Of a stretch of 64,000 nt of DNA, positions 60,116 to 64,000 are shown piece by piece; positions within the stretch are counted from its first letter, which is position 1; each line of letters begins with the position of its first letter. Origin of the DNA: a virus (taxonomy: Duplodnaviria; Caudoviricetes); IMG/VR virus record IMGVR_UViG_3300035661_000004; one strand, written 5' to 3'. The position numbers and the translations under genes are program-made. A model generated the notes under the pieces. That model saw nothing but the letters and a program-made list of their open reading frames with translations, made no database searches and was not told where the DNA came from.

Positions 60116-62047
60116 TTAGCTCGACTTGCGCACGCGCATGAACCACTCGCACAGGATGCGAGTTTGACGCTCGGTGTAGCCGCGGGTCCGCATGCGAGAC
60201 AGGAAGTCGCGATGCTTCTTCGTGTCCTCTTCGGTGCGCTTCGGCGCGAACGAGATGACGGGCAGCAGCTCGTCGATGTTGCCGATCACGCGCTTCTCGA
60301 TTGCGCTGCGGATCTTCTCGTAGGAGTTCCAAGCCGGCAGCTTCCCACCATGTTGCGCTTGGTAGCGGATGATGAAGTTGACGATGTCGTTCCGGAAGTC
60401 CTTGGGGTTGGAGATGCTTGCGGGCTTCTCCGTCTTGCTCAGCTCGCGGTCGAGGTCTTCGCGCTCGAGGACCGAGTTGGTCGACGGGTCACGGTAGTCG
60501 TCCTTGCCTTGCACCCAAGCGTCAGCGTAGTAGTAGTACTGCTCGAGCATGTTCTGGCACAGCTCGCTGTAGCTGTCCAGGAAGGCCGTGGTGATGTCCT
60601 TCTCCAGGAACTCGAGGTACTTCTCCTGCAGCACGCCGTCGATCAGCTCGATCAGGCCTTGCTCCTTCTCCTTCGGGAACTGCTCCTGCGGGATCTGGGT
60701 CTTCAGCACGTACATCAGGTGGATTGGGTTGGCTGCCTTCTCCTCGTTGTCGAACGCCAGGGTCTTCGACAGCATCTTGAAGGCGAAGCGGGTGCTCAGG
60801 CCCTCCATGCCTTCCTTGACGCCCGCATCATCGCGGTACTCTTGGATGGGCTTTGCCTTCGGGTCCTCGGCCTTGATGTTGATGCCGTCATAGACGCGCA
60901 GCTTCGAGAAGAGCGTGCTGTTCTGCGGCACAATCAGGCGGGACATGACGCAGAACTCAGCCAACATCTTCAGGGTGCCTGGAGCGATGCTGGCGGTGCG
61001 GCCGACTTCGGAGTTGCGGATGAGCTTCTCGTAGATCTGCTGCTCTTCGGTGACGCGCAGGCAGTACGGGACCTTGACGATGCAGACGCGGTCCAGGAAG
61101 GCCTCGTTGTTCTTATTGTTGCGGAAGGTGGACCACTCGCTCTCGTTGCTGTGGGCCAGGATGATACCGTCGAACGGGATGGAGCCGATGGCTTCGGTGC
61201 CGGCGTACATGCGCTCCTGGGTCGCGGTCAGCAATGGGTGCAGCATCTTGATCGGCGCCTTGAACATCTCGACCATCTCGACGATGCCGTTGTTGCCGCG
61301 GTTCAAGCCGCCTGAGAAGCTGTAGGCGTATGGGTGGTCCTGCTCGAACTTCTCAATCATGCGAATGTTCAGCTTGCCGACCATCGCGCTGACGTCCTGA
61401 TTGTTCTCGTCGCCCGGCTCGACGCGCATCGAAGCTTGCTGACGCAGCTGCGACGGGTAGAGCTTGCGGACCTTCAGCCTGCCGATGCTGCCGACCTCTT
61501 CGAGCTTTTTGATCAGCCACGGAGACGGAATGGTGCGGATGGCCGTGCGCGAGATGTTAAAGTCAGCTTCGAGCTTGTCTTGCAGCTCAGGGGTGTTGAA
61601 GATGGACAGTGGGCTCTCGAAGACAGGCGAGCCGTCAATGACGTAGACAGGCTCCTGCTCCATCAGCTCGCGGAGGCGAGTCGCAATCGAGCTCTTGCCG
61701 CCGCCGACCGGGCCCAGCAGGTACAAGATCTGCTTGGACTCTTCGAGGCCGTCAGCCGCCGACCGGAAGTAGGCCACGATCTGTTCGACCGCGTCCTCCA
61801 TGCCGTAGAAGTTGGCGAAGGCGGGATAGACCTTGATGGTCTTGTTGGAGAAGATCTGGCTCAGCCGCGGGTCGTTGCGGGTGTCAATCAGGGAGGGCTC
61901 TCCGATAGCCTTCAGCATCCGTTGCGCCGGCGAAGCATAGACCGATGGGTCCTTCTTTGCCAGTTGGAGGAACTCGGTGAAGGTAAGGGTCTCCTCTTTC
62001 CGGGACTTGCTGAAGGATGTGTCGAAGTCTTCTAGAAGGGTCGTCAT
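60116..62047 (-). CDS. prkA: PrkA / YeaG AAA+ family protein
   Basis: LLGPVGGGKSS, GGLNRGNNG.VEMVEMFKA, LAHSNESE, AFLDR and VPYCLR. Confidence 0.95.
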   Translation of the reverse strand: MTTLLEDFDTSFSKSRKEETLTFTEFLQLAKKDPSVYASPAQRMLKAIGEPSLIDTRNDPRLSQIFSNKTIKVYPAFANFYGMEDAVEQIVAYFRSAADGLEESKQILYLLGPVGGGKSSIATRLRELMEQEPVYVIDGSPVFESPLSIFNTPELQDKLEADFNISRTAIRTIPSPWLIKKLEEVGSIGRLKVRKLYPSQLRQQASMRVEPGDENNQDVSAMVGKLNIRMIEKFEQDHPYAYSFSGGLNRGNNGIVEMVEMFKAPIKMLHPLLTATQERMYAGTEAIGSIPFDGIILAHSNESEWSTFRNNKNNEAFLDRVCIVKVPYCLRVTEEQQIYEKLIRNSEVGRTASIAPGTLKMLAEFCVMSRLIVPQNSTLFSKLRVYDGINIKAEDPKAKPIQEYRDDAGVKEGMEGLSTRFAFKMLSKTLAFDNEEKAANPIHLMYVLKTQIPQEQFPKEKEQGLIELIDGVLQEKYLEFLEKDITTAFLDSYSELCQNMLEQYYYYADAWVQGKDDYRDPSTNSVLEREDLDRELSKTEKPASISNPKDFRNDIVNFIIRYQAQHGGKLPAWNSYEKIRSAIEKRVIGNIDELLPVISFAPKRTEEDTKKHRDFLSRMRTRGYTERQTRILCEWFMRVRKSS

Positions 62048-62209
62048 GTGATGTGGTCTTCCTATGAGATTACGGCCTATTACAAGCGGGTGTTGCCGCT
62101 ATTGCAAGGGGTTTGGCATACCTTGCTGGAAATACGATTTTGATCTTAACACAAAAAGCTCTTAGAGAGCATTTAGCTCTTAAATATCAACACGAGAAGG
62201 GAGTCCCTC

Positions 62210-62497
62210 ATGGAATGGGTCACAGAACTAATTCATCAAATCTTCACTGATGGTGCAGGAGCCATCAAGGCGATCCTGCTTCTCGTCTCAGCTGGTCTCG
62301 GCTACATGTACTTCACAGGCCAAAAGTCGGCTAAGGAGGAACGTAAGGAGCTGATCGAATTGTTTCAGAAGCAGATCGAGTCCGACCACCGCGAGCTGAT
62401 TGACATCATTGAGCGCTACCAAGAAAGTAACCTAAAAACGGTAGAGGCTATAAATGAGATCAAGGTGCTTGTCGCCACGATCGGCGCAAAGCTCTAA
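62210..62497 (+). CDS. Small single-pass membrane protein with a coiled-coil tail (holin-like candidate)
   Basis: Hydrophobic AIKAILLLVSAGLGYMYF; TAAATA at 62181-62186. Confidence 0.5.
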   Translation: MEWVTELIHQIFTDGAGAIKAILLLVSAGLGYMYFTGQKSAKEERKELIELFQKQIESDHRELIDIIERYQESNLKTVEAINEIKVLVATIGAKL

Positions 62498-62563
62498 AAA
62501 GGTTTTGCTTAGCATAAGGGCCTCAGCTGAGGCCCTTTCCTACTGATACACACTGGAGATGAC

Positions 62564-63244
62564 ATGATCTTTAAGAAAGACCGCAGCGCAAAGCTGCAAG
62601 ACCTAGCGGTTAGCGCAACGATGGCTCAACAACGTCAACGTTTGCAAGTGCTGAAGCAAGCTCTGCTTGCCGATAACGCTGCGTTGAATAAGTCTACTGA
62701 AGAGACCATTGCCGTTATCGCTGAAGTTTCTGAGAAGCTTAAGTCTGGCCTCAAAAAGCTCGATCAAAGCATCGGGCTATTCACCACAATGAAGGACGAA
62801 GGCGTAGCCTTTGTCGACTTTAAGGGTGATATCATCCATGTCAATCACGCGGGCGCCGAGCTACTAAACAGGCCCATTACCGAAATCATCGGGAAGCGCA
62901 TTGACCACATCCTGACAGGCTCCCGCCGCAAGCGGATCTCAATCGCTGAATGCTCTAAGCTGATCATCAGCAAGGTCAAGGAAAGCGATGTCTGCACCTA
63001 CAATGAGCTATGCGACACCGCTCGCACGGCGTACCTGCTAAAGACGCAGGAGGTAGCGATGCACCTTGACGAGCCTGTCTGCATCGTGCTCAAGTCAGGC
63101 GACTCAATCCACCCGCTGCGCGTCATCATCTCCTTGCTAGACACACAGCCTAAGGAGCTTGAGGACGTGACCTTCCTCTGCAAGATCGCGCAGATCGCTG
63201 GCTCACCTGCCCCAACTTACGAGCACGCACGCGTAGAAATCTGA
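62564..63244 (+). CDS. Coiled-coil plus PAS-domain protein
   Basis: EGVAFVDFKGDIIHVNHAGAELLNRPITEIIGKRI is a PAS signature. Confidence 0.75.
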   Translation: MIFKKDRSAKLQDLAVSATMAQQRQRLQVLKQALLADNAALNKSTEETIAVIAEVSEKLKSGLKKLDQSIGLFTTMKDEGVAFVDFKGDIIHVNHAGAELLNRPITEIIGKRIDHILTGSRRKRISIAECSKLIISKVKESDVCTYNELCDTARTAYLLKTQEVAMHLDEPVCIVLKSGDSIHPLRVIISLLDTQPKELEDVTFLCKIAQIAGSPAPTYEHARVEI

Positions 63245-63603
63245 TGTTTCAGCTGTTACAACAGCTCAGCGAAAGCTTCGAGAAGCAGAAGTTCAAGTCG
63301 CTAATGCTGCGTGTCCAGCAAGAATGCGAGGACGCTGACATCGATGTCAAGCTGACCAAGTTCGGCGACGAGGATGGCCCGAGCTCAAACTTCACTGCGT
63401 CAAAGGCAGATACTAGCCTCAAGATGTGCATGCATGCACCAAACGAGTGGTTAGGCGGGCGGGCAGAGAACCTAGTCGTGCTGGCCATTGACTGGGACGG
63501 CGATAATAACTACGACGTTGACGGCGACTGCGTCTTTGAGCCTGCTGTTGCAGCTGACATCGTGAAGATGATCAAGCTCAACCTAGACTCGCTGGAGGAA
63601 TGA
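63244..63603 (+). CDS. Hypothetical protein, first of three tandem paralogs
   Basis: Shares (L/F)QQL...(I/L)DVKLTK with the ORFs at 63603 and 63815. Confidence 0.65.
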   Translation: MFQLLQQLSESFEKQKFKSLMLRVQQECEDADIDVKLTKFGDEDGPSSNFTASKADTSLKMCMHAPNEWLGGRAENLVVLAIDWDGDNNYDVDGDCVFEPAVAADIVKMIKLNLDSLEE

Positions 63604-63814
63604 TGTTTTGCCCTGCTACAACAGCTCGTCGAGTCTCAGGCGTTCAACGCACGCAAGTTTATGCTGAAGTTTCAACAGCTCGCGGAGGATGCCGAGCTCG
63701 ATGTCAAGCTAACCAAGATGCTCACCGATCATGCTGACGGCGGGCATCATGTAAATGCCTTCTTCGTGTTAAAAGGGAGAGTTCGGTGAGGAAAAATACC
63801 TATACGGGAGCGCC

Positions 63815-64000
63815 ATGAAGCTTAGCCAACTGCTCGAAGAGGCCTTCAACATCAGACGGCTCATGCTCAAGTTTCAACAGCTAGCAAGCGACGTTGACAT
63901 CGATGTCAAGCTGACAAAGCATGACGAGCAAGATGACAAGACTCAATTGCGCTACTTTGAAGCCAACGGGGAGCCGTTTGTTGCTTGCTTCTATTGGGTA
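63815..64000 (+). CDS. Hypothetical paralog, truncated by the window end
   Basis: MKLSQLLEEAFNIRRLMLKFQQLASDVDIDVKLTK; GGGAG RBS. Confidence 0.65.
   Translation, partial: MKLSQLLEEAFNIRRLMLKFQQLASDVDIDVKLTKHDEQDDKTQLRYFEANGEPFVACFYWV

Noticed and set aside
39334-61315. Long antisense or alternate-frame ORFs (39334-41193, 50426-51073, 52972-53778, 60071-61315, also 9287-10120)
   Set aside because: They are shadows of strongly codon-biased GC-rich genes on the opposite strand, with no RBS or recognisable domains.
1163-63789. Many small genes split by one frame break (about 1190, 2113, 5135, 9150, 28570, 41250, 42660, 63606), suggesting programmed frameshifting or mass pseudogenisation
   Set aside because: Most are repaired by adding or removing one base in a short homopolymer (GAAAGCC, TTCGGGCG, ATG(G)AC, ATGTTTTG). 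There is no shared slippery site or stimulatory structure. This is most consistent with long-read indel errors, perhaps left only in genes without database homologs; raw reads would decide.

Overview
A 64 kb segment of a large, GC-rich T4-like (jumbo-type) myophage genome, probably infecting a betaproteobacterium (inference from an FxDxF PEP-CTERM gene and a two-piece tmRNA). It contains T4-type structural and packaging genes (gp15, gp19, gp48/54-like, gp4, TerS, TerL), a recombination block (gp32, UvsX, UvsY, UvsW, GroES), rIIA/rIIB, a putative thymidine-hypermodification and repair block, an Acb1-like phosphodiesterase, a PrkA-YeaH-SpoVR cluster, homing endonucleases and many small hypothetical genes. 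Two promoter classes recur: early GTTTACA-N17-TACAAT and late TAAATA, the latter often only 4-6 nt before the ATG. The standout feature is non-coding. All 12 canonical tRNAs in the window are Leu, Ser or Tyr (the class II families). The array starts behind a textbook ribosome-dependent attenuator: a 24-aa leader peptide with 12 consecutive Ser/Leu/Tyr codons, a perfect 12-bp antiterminator and an intrinsic terminator. A circularly permuted tmRNA (tag ANDSVYAMAA) and two atypical tRNA-like RNAs are also present. Many small genes carry single-base indels that look like sequencing errors, so single-nucleotide oddities need checking against reads.
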